Shown piece after piece: positions 23,295-36,028 of a DNA stretch of 64,000 nt. The notes under the pieces were generated by a model, which did no database searches, was not told the DNA's origin, and saw only the letters and a list, made by a program, of their open reading frames with translations. The DNA lies in NCBI GenBank assembly GCA_047967505.1, contig CM106538.1; one strand, given 5' to 3'. The first letter of the stretch is position 1, and each line of letters begins with the position of its first letter. This DNA comes from Dipteris shenzhenensis. Taxonomy: Eukaryota. The position numbers were made by a program, and so were the translations under genes.

Positions 23295-26200
23295 TGTCTA
23301 CAAAAATGCCTCACTTTTCATATCACTACTGAGAGTGCTCTCAACGGAAGCAAGAACGACCCTAATCTTCTTTTTCATTCATTTATATATGTGTTTGAGT
23401 ATTGTACATAACTGGGGTAAAGGCACAGTGACCTTTAACCCCCACAACCTCCCACTTAAAGGACAATGTGCCTTTAAGGGAGAACAACTAGTGAGCATAC
23501 TATCCAATGCCCATCAATACACGACAATTCTCAAACCGCTGACTAGGTAGACTCTTCGTCAGCATATCTGCAGGGTTATCATCTGTATGAACCTTGACAA
23601 GCTCTTTGCGCTTGTCCTCAAGTACCTCCCTGATGAAATGGTACCTGACCTCAATGTGTTTGGTCTTTGCATGAAAGACCAGATTCCGTGCTAGCTGAAT
23701 AGCACTCATGGAATCACTATGCAATGTCGGTACACCTGTATGAATCCCCAAATCTCCCACTAGCCGATCAAGCCATATAGCCTCCTTGCAACCCTCTGTG
23801 GCTGCAAAATACTCAGCCTCTGTGGTAGACAAAGCAACGCACTTCTGTGCACGAGACATCCACGACACTGCACCACCTGCAAAGGTGAACACATAACCAG
23901 AAGTGGATCTCCTACTATCCACATGCCCTGCATAGTCTGAATCTGTGTACCCAAGTACACGCATGTCTCCTCTACCAAAGCAAATGCACATCTCCTTGGT
24001 ACCCTTCATGTACCTCATGATGCACTTAACTGCCTCCCAATGCCTCTTTCTTGGATTAGCCATATACCTGCTAACAACTCCCATTGCAAATGCAATGTCT
24101 GGTCTAGTAGCTATCATAGCATACATAAGACTCCCAACTGCTGATGCATAAGGAACCTTGGCCATCATGGCCCTCTCCTCATCTGATTTGGGACTATCTA
24201 TATGACTCAGTTTCACATATGGAGGCAATGGAGTACTCACTGCCTTCCCCCCCTCCATATTGAAACGCTGCAATACTTTTGTAACATACTCTTTTTGTGA
24301 AAGCCAAAGGAGTTTCCTACTCCAATCACGCATGATGCGCATACCAAGAATATGACCTGCAAATCCCAAATCCTTCATATCAAAGGCCTCATGCAACTTG
24401 GCCTTTAATGCATCTAGCTCATAAGTATTCTTGCTAGCCAATAGCATATCATCCACATATAGTGCCAGGATTATCAGGCTATTATCCTTAGCCCTTTTAG
24501 TGTAGAGGCAGTGATCAATTTCACTCCTTCTAAAACCCTGGGACTGAATGAAAGCATCAAACTTCTGATACCATTCTCTAGGCGCTTGCTTAAGACCATA
24601 GAGACTCTTCTTCAGCTTGCAAACTAAATGCTCTTTGCCCTTTTCTTCAAAGCCTTCCAGTTGCACCATGTAAATTTCCTCATGCAAATCCCCATGCAAG
24701 AAAGCTGTCTTGACATCCATCTGCATAAGCTCCATATCCTCTGTTGCCACTAGTCCAAGCATGCATCTAAGTGTGGTCATTTTCACAACCGGAGAGAATA
24801 TCTCATCAAAGTCCACACCCTTCTCTTGCTTGAACCCTTTAGCAACCAAATGGGCCTTGTACCTAGGCACATCATCACTTGTGACCTTCATTTTGTAGAC
24901 CCATTTATATGGCAATGCTTTCTTTCCATGTGGCAAAGAAACCAAGTCCCAAGTCTTATTCTTCATAAGTGAACTCATCTCTGATTGCATAGCATACTCC
25001 CACTTGCGTTGATCCTCACGCATCGTAGCCTCTTTGTAGCAAGAAGGCTCCCCGCAATCAGTAAGCATCACATAGTCTACCCCTGGAACAAACCTACCAG
25101 GCGGTCTAGACACTCTAGATAATCTTCTCAAGGGCATTTCAGCTTGCTGTCCCACTTGCATATCAGCCACATTTGGCTCATCATTTCCACCAATAGATGA
25201 TCCATCATCTACCCTTGATTGTATACATGTGGGAGTACTTGGTTGTACCATTTCTTGCACATTTGGTGCATGGACAGCTTGCTGTCTATCAAAATATGCA
25301 GGTGGATTCACATCCTGGAAAGTGATTCTCCTCATTTCCACATCCCTCATGGGTGCCTTATGCATCTTCTTCTCATTGAAGACCACATCATGGCTGCGTA
25401 TGATCTTCTTTGCTTCTGGATCCCAGAGACAATAGCCCATCTCTCCACTTTCACCATAACCTAGAAAGATGCATTTCGTAGACTTAGGATCTAGCTTCTT
25501 TCGAAGCTCTTTTGGCACATGTGCATATGCCTCACACCCAAATATACGCAAATGAAAGTAAGAGGGCTTCTTGCCACTCCATGCCTCTTCAGGAATACCA
25601 CCATCCAAACTCTTACTAGGTGATCTATTGATCACATGCACTGCAGTCTTCATTGCCTCAGCCCAAAAACCACTAGAAAGACTTGCATTGGAAAGCATGC
25701 ATTGCAACCTTTCTTGAATGGTACGGTTCATCTTTTCTGCAACTGGATTTTGCTCTGGAGTACGAGGGGATGTGAGCTCCCTCTTAATCCCACGTGTATC
25801 ACAGAAATGCTGAAAGTCATGAGAGAGATACTCTCCACCATTGTCAGTTCGTAAGGCATTTAAGCATTCTACCTGACTGATTCTCAACCAAGGCCAGCCA
25901 TTTCTGAAATACCTGGAACACATCACTCTTCTGAGCTATAGCATAAGCCCACACTTTCCTAGTTGCATCATCAATGAACGTCACATAGTATTCAGCCCCG
26001 CCTAATGACCGTGTAGGCATGGGACCACATACATCTGAATGCACCAAATCAAGCATTTCAAACTCTTTCTTTCCCCTTCTTTTATGGGCTGATTTAGTCT
26101 GCTTCCCATAGAGACAATGCTCACAAAATTCAAAATCAGAGAAACTCAAATGCGGTACATAACCCAAACGGCATGAGAGTTTCATTCCATTCTGGCTCAT

Positions 26201-26765
26201 GTGCCCCAACCTGCAATGCCACAAAGAAGTGCTTGGCTGCTCGGTTATTGCAACAACATGATCAAATACCCCTGATACATGTAAGGGATACAAAGTCCCA
26301 CACTTGGCACCCCTGGCCAAAAGCATAGAGCCCTTCTGAATTTTCCAACTCTGAAAGCCAAAAGTGGTGTGAAAACCAGCATCATCTAGCTGACCCACTG
26401 AAATAAGACTCTTGGTCAGCTTAGGCACATGTCTCACATGTTTCAAAACAAATGCAGACCCATTTGCAAAAGAAAACTTTATGTCACCTGCTCCCACTAT
26501 GTCACATGCATAGTCATTTCCATGATGCACACAACCTGTTTTTCCACTATCATAAGTGGAGAACCATTCCCTATGGGGAGTAACATGGAATGAAGCACCA
26601 GAATCCAAAATCCAATCCTGGGAATATGCATCATCTGAAGTGGTAAGCAACTCTGCAGATAAACTAGACATGAAGAGAACATCATTGTCACTATCATGTG
26701 TGACTGCATTGATCTCCTTGATCTTCACTTTTCCTTTGTCCTCCCTTGGACTCTCTTCCTTTTGA
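23295..26765 (-). mobile_element. Ty1/Copia retrotransposon, 5'-truncated (gag and 5' LTR missing)
   Basis: PR-GAG_pre-integrase-IN-RT-RH order. PPT AAGTGGGAGG immediately precedes TGT at 23446. The putative short 3' LTR 23295-23446 has an uncertain far end. Confidence 0.9.
23500..26728 (-). pseudogene. Copia pol, split by a single frameshift near 25860
   Basis: WILDSGASFH, LWHCRLGH, LVHSDVCGP, LRTDNGGEY, QMDVKTAFLHG, LYVDDML, YTDSDYAG, KTKHIEVRYHF. ORFs 25844-26728 and 23500-25926 overlap out of frame. Confidence 0.93.
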
Positions 26766-26779
26766 TTTCAGGGCCATGT

Positions 26780-27096
26780 TAGAGGGTGGCAAGCGACATG
26801 TAGGTTTGCAAACATACGCAAGAACATGATGTGATCTGCAAGTCGATGCAAGCTACAAAGATGCAATAGTTAGGATTAGGTATAATGCTACCACATGGTA
26901 GCCAGGCACATGAGAAAAAGACAATATTGTGTTTGTAGGATCAAGTCCGGTCAGTGGTCAAGCATATTTCTAGGGCTCCAACTCCCAGGGGGCATTCCAC
27001 ATTAAATCTGGATGTTCAAGGCTCATTGTTGGGGATTGTTTAAAATGTGGGTACCAATGCACTTACCATGATTCTACAAAACATGCTTCCACAAAG
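26780..27096 (+). repeat. LTR-like remnant related to 18637-18835, apparently continuing after 34709
   Basis: Colinear shared blocks gtgatctgca, gccaggc.ca, gtagg.tca.gtc.gg, agggctcca, cccaggggg..ttccacatt. Confidence 0.55.
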
Positions 27097-27721
27097 GGAG
27101 GCAGTCGATAGAGCGAGCAAGGAAAAGTGAGCGGGCCTAAAAAAGAGAGCAAGCTTTTCCATAATTTCCTTATCGAGGTAGTCAACATAGCTTTATGGAA
27201 ACTAGTATTTGGGAAGATTCTTGAAAATAAAACTTATCTTACTATGTGTATACTATACCAACATTGCGAATTATAGTCTACCTTAACTTCCAATTGGAGC
27301 CATACTCACATTATGCAACAATAGTATGTGGGTTTGAAAGAAACCAAATTTCCACTCCAAAGCATAGGAGTCCATTACTGATACAACAATTATTTCGCAT
27401 TTGAAATGGGTTTTATTATCACAACTCCTTCAATAATCAAAACAAATGCATTGCTTGATATGTTGAACTTAGTAACATAAACATCACTTCACCCATATGC
27501 GGGAAGAACAAACTGTCTGTAGACTTCATGGCATGGGATTGCATCAACACTTATGACATTCAAGATGTTCTTCTTATTAAAAGTGTTATCAACCATGAAA
27601 GAGGTGAATGTTTAAAAATAGTTCACCCGTTTGTTGAAAAACCCAAGTGTCATTTATGACATTCAAAATTGTTCTTGCAACCATCGTGTAGTCCCTAGAG
27701 ATTTTGCCCGTACTTCTAACC

Positions 27722-28115
27722 CCTTCCTTTCAACCACTAAGAGGTACCTAATAGTTTTGTAGAACACTTGAGATATCGTCACCTCCTAATATAAAACCAT
27801 TATTACTATTTGTAGAACACTTGAGATATCATCACCTCTTAATACAAGACCATTCTTACTATTTGTAGAACACTTGAGATATCATCACTCCTTCCCTTCA
27901 ACCACTAAGAGGTACCTAATACTTTTGTGGAACACTTGAACCATTCTTACTATTTGTAGAACACTTGAGATATCATCACCTCTTAATACAAAACCATTCT
28001 TACTATTTGTAGAACACTTGAGATATCATCACCTCTTAATACAAGACCATTCTTAGTATTTGTAGAACACTTTAGATATCATCACCTCTTAATACAAGAC
28101 CATTCTTACTATTTG
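27722..28115. repeat. 53-bp minisatellite (about 6 units) with a higher-order duplication
   Basis: Unit tgtagaacacttgagatatcatcacctcttaatacaagaccattcttactatt starts at 27758, 27811 and 27864. 27722-27770 recurs at about 27890-27940. Confidence 0.9.
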
Positions 28116-30764
28116 AGAAATTAATGGATTAAAGGTTTGAGGCTCATAGGAGACAAAGGAAGAGAAAGTCAGTTTCAACATGAGGACAATAAAACTAGTT
28201 GGAATATTTTGACTTATGTATTATACCTTTTTGAATGAATTTAAGTTAGTTTCAACATTAGGATGATAAAACTAATTAGAATGTTTTGATTTATGTATTA
28301 TATCTTTTTGAAGAGTATGAATTTTAATGAGGAGAGGCATGCACACTAATTAGTAAATACACTAGTACTACTACTAGCCTACGACTATTAAGCCTAGTAG
28401 CACCAGCGTAATTTTTGAGCCTTGTGTTAGCCTTTCGATAATTTTCTTTCATCGTTAGTGCAATAGCAATTATTCCTTCTATCAAAAGAATCTTGCCAAA
28501 TTTATTCAAAGCGATGATTTTGTAGTCTACAGCCACTATCCTCTGACTCTCAAAAATATATTAAATGTGAGCACCCATTTATCTTGTATGATCAACCCTG
28601 AACTCTGCTGCTGTGGCTATAGTTCACAGTGAACTACTGCGAGGATTTAATAAGAACAAAAACGATAAGAATTGATAGGACATTACTAGAACAAAAACAA
28701 TCTGAATTGATATGGTGATGTTTGGTGTGAAATAACCAAATTAAGGATTTAAGAATGAAAACAATAAGAATCAATAGGCTATTCAATGGCTCAAATCTGC
28801 ACACAAATTACAATGTGCCTCCCAACTCTTATGCATTCTAGCTCCTCATGTTTGACAAGAATGTAAACGATAATGAAATCACATTGTCCGTACTTTCAAA
28901 GCAAGCAAAGCACCAAAAATAAATGCAAATGCATTAGATGAGGTGATTTACTATATTAAATAGGTATAGATCTAGATAGACCTATATATATGCAATCATA
29001 GATCTAATTGATGATTTAAGTTGGACGGTCGTAATAATAGTGTGTGCACTATCATTGGGATTAGGACTAATATTGGTAATTTTGTATGTAGTAGTAGGAG
29101 AACTACCATTAAGGAACACTCCAATAAAATTGCTAATGGTAGTGACAAAACTACCACTAGTAGTTTGGTAATTACCCCTAACATCTACAAAAAATATTTG
29201 ATAGGTAGCTAGTAGTATTAGATCAAAAGGCCCCAATTGTGCTATAATAAGGGACCAAAAAAGGGAGTGCTATAGCATCACCTAAGGGTCACTTTTTATT
29301 TATGAAAGAAACAAGTTGGTGCAACCTAGGTTATATAGATCTAGGTCATGTGCAGTGGTTTGTGTCTCTTTCCTTGATAAAAAAGCTACACTACCGTTTG
29401 ATAGTAACTACAAAGGTTGCTGCCATAGTGTCGTAGAGTAGCCCCTAGGTTGCATGATCATCCTTTTTTGCTTTTGAGCCATTAAGTTTGATCCATTGAT
29501 TTTTATGTAGACTATATATTCACATGTCCTTAATGGGATCTTCATTATAATCCCTTCCATTGTAATAAGTAACTTTACTATAAGTTTCACATATCCTTAA
29601 CAAACCACTAGGCTTTAACACAGATTCATTCTTATGTTTCAAGCCTCAAACTCAAACACCCTTGTAAAAGGGATAATGTATTAAAGCTACATTCAATCCA
29701 TCAAATCTTTTGAATGACAGTTCTATTGAAAATTCATGTATCATTTATAGGATTTCATCCATTATATGTTCATTTGTCTTTAATAGTATGTCTAAAAATT
29801 CATGTATCTTCAATATTATTTCTCTCATGTGTTCCAATATCTTCAAAAGGATACCTTTATTTATGTCCAAACTTGAGCATTGATTTGTATTTCTCAAACA
29901 CAATTTCACTCCACCTATTCTTTAGAATGAAAAATTTTCACCATATGTTATGGCCAAACATAAAGTCTTTCCACATATTCTTAAGAATGAAAATTTTGGC
30001 CTTACATTGGCAAGTCTATGGAACAAGGGTAAGGCCAAAGTTTGGTACGGTGCATGAGGTCTTGATTAATGCTTCTTTAGGCTTGAATATTCAATGTATT
30101 AAATTCATGACTATTATTTATGCTTGAATATTTAATGTATTAAGTTCATGACTTAGGATTTTACAAAGTTATATCTAACATGTCAAACATTTGATGGAAA
30201 TTAATATCCTACACAATACAACAAAGTATCATCATATCCCTTCCCGAAATCATTGCTATCTGGCCACTCTCCTGGCATTTTCACTGCCTTGCATTTGAGA
30301 CAGCTATGATGAAGAACGTTCCCTGGCTTTGCACCCTCTTAGAGTTACCGTCAGCATGATCTAATTTCATGGGCCCCGAAACTTAAGACTTGGAGATTCC
30401 CATATCACACCAATGGTAGCTGTCTTGTCCACTCTCAATGCTAGTAAGAGCCAGTTCCCATAGACCGGTAAAAGAAGTCTTTTTGGAGGTTCAATTTTTT
30501 CCCTCCGTCTTCTCTAGGCCCCATGATAGAATAGGATATATTCACCACCCTACATTTAATACAAGAATTGACAACTTTTTTTGGACTTGACCATGCAGTT
30601 TACATCCCAAAATTAGTGCTAAAATTGAAGACTGGGCATCTCCATTTTCCGGGGGGTGCCCCTAGCGACCCCGTGGACTTGCTCTATTTGTCTAGTTGGG
30701 TCTCTCCAAGAAAATTGGAGTGGGGCCTATTTTCCCCATCTAGTAAAACTGTATGCATCAAATA

Positions 30765-30787
30765 TGTATGTATGTATATAATGTGTG

Positions 30788-30836
<49 letters not shown>

Positions 30837-31100
30837 ATGTATGTATGTATATGTACTAAAACTACTAAAACTATATGCATCAAATAACATTATTGATCAA
30901 TTTTTGGCATACCCTCCCCAAAATCAAGACCCCCATTGCAAGGAAAGGTAAGGAACACAAGTGCTTGTTGTTCTTATGCTCATAAGACAATAAAATGCAT
31001 GAAATAGGCAACCAATGGGGTCTTACTTTTGATGTATGTAAGTATTTACATACATAAATAAATAAATAAATAAATAAATAAATATATGTATGTATGTATG
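30765..31100. repeat. (TATG)n/(TG)n/(TA)n and (TAAA)n microsatellites
   Basis: Direct reading at 30765-30855 and 31054-31100. Confidence 0.9.
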
Positions 31101-31596
31101 CATATGTTAATGCATATATGTATATATTGATGCATACAAATTTGATATATGGAAAAAATGGAAATGAAAACCATCTAAATTGGCTCTTGCCATTCGATTT
31201 GATATATGATATGACCCCATTTGGATTTGTAAGTCTAAAGATACAGGGTCCTACTTTTAGGGCCTAAATGCCTGAAATAGGCAGCACGTTGCAATGCCTA
31301 TTTCAAGCATTTAGGCCTCAAAAGTAGGACCCCATTGCAATGCACTGCCTATTTCAGGATTCAGGCCCTAAAAGTAGGACCCCATATTTTTGGACTTGCA
31401 TATCCAAATGGGGTCATGTCATATATCAAATCGAACGGCGATGGTTTTCATGCCTATCATTTGCATTTAATAAAACTATATGCATCGAATAATGTTGTTT
31501 ATCAATTTTTGGCATACACCCCCCAAAATCAAGACCCCCATTGCAAAGAAAGGTAAGGAACACAAGTGCTTGTTCTTATGCTCATGAGACAACAAA
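30866..31596. repeat. ~125-bp direct repeat pair (30866-30995, 31471-31596) flanking a foldback
   Basis: taaaactatatgcatc..aaaatcaagacccccattgcaa..aaggtaaggaacacaagtgcttgtt occurs twice. Confidence 0.85.
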
Positions 31597-32444
31597 AAAG
31601 AGGCTTGGTATCCCAAAAATGGTAGCGTATCAATGCGTTGTCATTTTTGGGCCATCAGGCCTCTTTTTTATTGTCTCACGAGCATACATATGGAGGTTAT
31701 TATACAATATAACTAAGCAGTAGTATTGAAGTAGTTTTACAAATTGGATGCATTAAGAGCATTCATATACCAAGGAAGAATATAATGATTGAATACATTT
31801 TTTTTTTCAATACATATTGCCAGTGAGGCTACCAAAAACAAGCTCTACCCCTCATGATGTGAGATTGCTTGATGCTTGGATTGCAGCTGCTGGTAGCGTT
31901 GCATGGGTGAAGCCACTATATGCCTCAAGTGCTAGAAATTGATGTATGCCTCAAGTGCTAGAATGTGCAAATCATGGCCAAAATCAAGACCCCTTAGAGA
32001 TTCCATGAGGGTTATCATATCCACATTTTTTTCCTTTTACTGCTATACACATGTCACCTTTAGTCGAGGGCAGAACCATTCGTCATCATAGGTAGCAGGT
32101 TCATGGGACCCCATCCCATGATCCAAGGCATTATTCAAAGACAAAGTATTTTTGACCATTCCCAAATCGAGTTTGCCAATTCCTAATCTGATTGATTTCA
32201 TTTACTGGACTTGCAATGCCTGCAAAGCCCTTGCTTAAGCTTGAATGAGCCTCTTGATTTTGGGGGTGTAATGGTCGAAAATAGCAGCGCTAAGCCATTT
32301 TCGACCATTACACCCCCAAAATCAGGAGGCTCATTCAAGCTTAAGCAAGGGCTTTGTAGGTCTTGTTTTTGGGTGGCAGAAGCATGAAAATGGCAGCGCA
32401 TTAATGTGCTACCATTTTCATGCTTCCCTCCTCCAAAAACAAGA
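31164..32444. repeat. Cluster of four foldback palindromes (31164-31451, 31577-31686, 32219-32360, 32361-32444)
   Basis: Arms read directly as reverse complements. The 67-bp arms of 32219-32360 differ at only 3 positions. Confidence 0.9.
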
Positions 32445-35400
32445 TCCCCAAGCTTTTCATTAGAGACACCAAAATGAGGGAAGATTGGAATCTTGCAGAT
32501 GTACATGGCCCTCAAACTTGTCGATGAGGGAGAATGCATTGTTGAAGGAGCCTACCAATGAGGGGAAGGGCGAGGAGTAGAGGATCTGGCCAATGAGGGG
32601 AGGGACGGATCGCTAGCAACAAGTAGGATGCGAGTAGGATGCAAGGAGGTGAGAAGGCAAAGAAGCAAGGAGGTGAGGAGGTGAGGAAGCAAGGAGGCAA
32701 GGAGGCAAGAGCCATTCTTGTTGTGATTAATTGCACTACAAACAACTCAAGCCATAAGCACCATGGATAAATACAATAATACACATCACAAATGGATGCA
32801 TACACTCATATACATCACCGATGGACGCATACACTCATACTCACATCAATTTCCAATATTGTATTAGATGGACCCTTAGCATACATGTGTGCATATAAGA
32901 CCATTTCCTACATTGATCCTTGATTTCATAGTTAAATTATTCCCTTTCTCACATTCTAACATGTGAAGATTTAATGTACATGCATTATGGGCACATTATA
33001 TTGCATTTTATGACTAACTTTTTTACGAATGCTTGATACTTGTATTTGGTCAAAGAAGGTATATTATCATTTTTGAATGACAACGTTACTCTATGCTCCA
33101 TTTTATCCTATATTAGACACTGTGATCACTAGATATTACATAAATATATTGCTCCATTATATCCTATACTAAAAACTATTCTAACCCAAATACATAACAC
33201 CAATTGAGGTTAGTAATTATGAAAAGTGGTGGTGATGAAAACATTCTAATGGTATGAATGAGATCATTTTAGATATATAATATGGGTACTATGTTGATTG
33301 AGCTATGACCCTTTTCTAAGGGAATCTTTTCAACTTAATTACTAAATAAATACATACTTTGAATGTGACCTGATTCCCATCTATATGTATATTCAAGTTT
33401 TACTATGTGTTAAAAAAAAAGCTTTCGCATAAGGTTTATTTTCAAATAGTATTTATATTTGTTTAAGACTATCCATTGAGCTGGCTCCTATCCTTAATGT
33501 CCATAAAGATTTTATGAATACAAATAGTAGCATTGGATCCCTTTTCAGTGGTTAGGGAATGAACCCTAAGGGTACCCTAAAATGACTATGTATTTCCTTA
33601 TTTGTAGCATGGAAGTGATCATGGTAGAGTGGCATAATCCCTATTTTGCTTTTTTCATAGGTTCTTTTGCTACTCATGGCTGGCAGATACACCACGGCAT
33701 AGATCTGAATAGATATTTGGTTTTTTGCTTCAACTTGCTTGACTAGACTTTCCTTGATGATTGTTTGATTGTGCCTGATGTGTGGTCAATGCCTTAATTG
33801 ATGCATTAAGTGCAATGTTTCCTTAAAGTTTTTCATACTACAGGATACAAGTTTGCTTATAGGGGTGGAAATAGAAGCTTGTTAACACCTGGTGCATATT
33901 TTCTGTTAGATGCAGCAGGATACTAGTTACAGAGTGTCTTTGCCAATTATTTCACTTGAATCATGCTCCTCTTATGCTTGAGTTTGTGGTCACATATTGA
34001 GTTTAACATAATAGTCTATAGGATATTGGATGAGCAATCAACATAGTGGTTCAGATGCATTCATTTCTAGTTCTAATAGAACTATCATTCAGACATTGGT
34101 CATAATAGAAGTATGGAAGGATAAAATCCTTTTTTGGCTCCTTAAGTTTTTCAAAGCATGGTATTGTTCAGATTACATAGGTATTTTCACTAAGCAAAAT
34201 TAATCCTTATGATCAAAATGTGTTTTTTTTCTTGTGACATAGTTGGTTTTGCTTCCATGTTTTTTGATCAAATGTATAGATGATCTTCTACGAGCATGGA
34301 AGACATGATATGTATATGTAGCACATGATCATGTTTACATATTTTCAATCATATATTCTACCTTGTGATCTATCATTATCTTGATGTGTGGATGTTCAAT
34401 TTGAGTAGTGTTTGCTTTTTTTATCACAAATCTTCTCCAAATCTTATATATTGTTGTGTCTCTACCTCTCCACAATGACTCAAGTGTGATAGTATGAGGA
34501 TGAAAGAGAAGTTAATTGTGACTTTCAGGCATGCCTTCATTGTTGGAATATGTTTGATTTGCTTATGATCACATCAATTGTTCCAATGATATTGAGAGGA
34601 ATAAGATACTGGATGAGGGGCTTGCTTGCTTGAAACCTCTTTAATCTTGCTCGCTTATTTGGGGCCGCTCACTTTTCTCCGCTCGCTTTTTGGTAATCCT
34701 CCTACAAAGTTTGTAGCCTTGTGAAGAGCATCATGAAGTTCTAATGAAACATGCTATTTCGGTTTGACATGGAGCAGCTCTATTGCAAGAAGCAATGATG
34801 ACAAAGATGCTTGATCGAAATGATGAGAAGGCCGCATTTCTATTAAGAGAAAGTAAAGGGAAAAGTAAGCCTTGCTGGTGCATGCCCAAAGAAAGAGTCA
34901 TTGAATTGATTTAGGTTTAGCCACAATGGTGTGGTCAAGAATGCTTAATTGTTGGAGGAGATTGGATTGGTGGGTGGCCTTACACCAATGGAAAGCATCG
35001 TGCCTCACCTACATTGAAGGAAACTGTCTGCCAAAGACTTGATTGTGGCAGGTAGGGATGCCATGAAAGCTCTAGCTACTACTAGGAGACTAGCCTTATA
35101 TGCTAAGTTAATGTATTGATGTTAGTTTAAAGGGTGGTCTTCTCTTGAAAGTCTAAAATTTGGGCCTGTATGTAATGCAACTCCATTGCAACAGCTTGGA
35201 AGGATTCCACTAGAAGAGGTTTGGCTCTCCCTTCTATGCAACCATGGCATGATCCATCCATCATGAGTGTAAGGTTCTATCTCTCCGTATTCATGAACTA
35301 GGTTCCTCGGCTTTCTAGGGGCATCTATTAGGCAACTCGTCTTGCATTTTATGGATATAGTTGACAATCCTTATGCACTCCCAATAGTTCTGCGGTTGGA

Positions 35401-35984
35401 TTCGGGACTCCCAGAAGAAGAGTGTATTAGTGCATGGTGTCGTTGACTCTTAGAAAGCTAGTCAAGAAACACTAGAAAATCCTTACTGCCCCAACCTCAA
35501 CCTAGTCCTAAGAGAAGTATCAAAGAGAATTATCTTCATATGGTAATATCATATGTCAGTTTGCAGGTGTTCTAAAAAGCATAGTAATGTTCACTTTCCC
35601 TGAATTCCATTTTGCATGTAACTTGTAATGTTTCAAACTATTATTTTGCACATCTTAATCTCTTGTGTAGGAGATGACAAGCTTGTGGTCTATATGACAT
35701 GAGCAACATAGCATATGTTTTGTCTACATTAATATTTAGGCAACCCTAAGGATAGAAATCTTTCAAGGCATGAATTAGCTTTTGGGTTTCGTGTTATGAA
35801 TTTGCAAAAAAGAACACATCATCCGCATACAGTAGGTCCACTATGATTTTTTGATAGCTTAGATTTTCCCTTTGTTATGCATATTATAGCACTAGATTTT
35901 CTATTTGTTTATGCATAACTTTTAAAAGATGCGGATCAAGGGATAGTCTTGTTTGGTCCCACATGTGATTTGGTGAAAACTATC

Positions 35985-36028
<44 letters not shown>

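Larger units (their letters stand above)
29430..32150 (-). pseudogene. Decayed Kelch-repeat (beta-propeller)-like gene fragments
   Basis: Three minus-strand pieces: LPSTKGDMCIAVKGKN..DFGHDLHILALEAY..WLHP (~31900-32075), DFFTGLWELALT..YHW (~30410-30485) and GRDYNEDPIKDM*IYSLHKNQWIKL (~29485-29560). Many stops and frameshifts. Confidence 0.5.
27097..34702. mobile_element. 7.6-kb non-autonomous TIR DNA transposon (MULE-like or unresolved superfamily) with gene-fragment cargo
   Basis: Gapless 57-bp inverted repeats at 27097-27153 and 34646-34702 (43/57 identical, both starting GGAGG). Flanking direct repeat cacaaag (27090-27096)/tacaaag (34703-34709). Confidence 0.65.

Noticed and set aside
27722-28115. 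Regular repeat array resembling CRISPR
   Set aside because: Units are contiguous 53-bp tandem copies with no unique spacers, there are no cas genes, and the context is eukaryotic.
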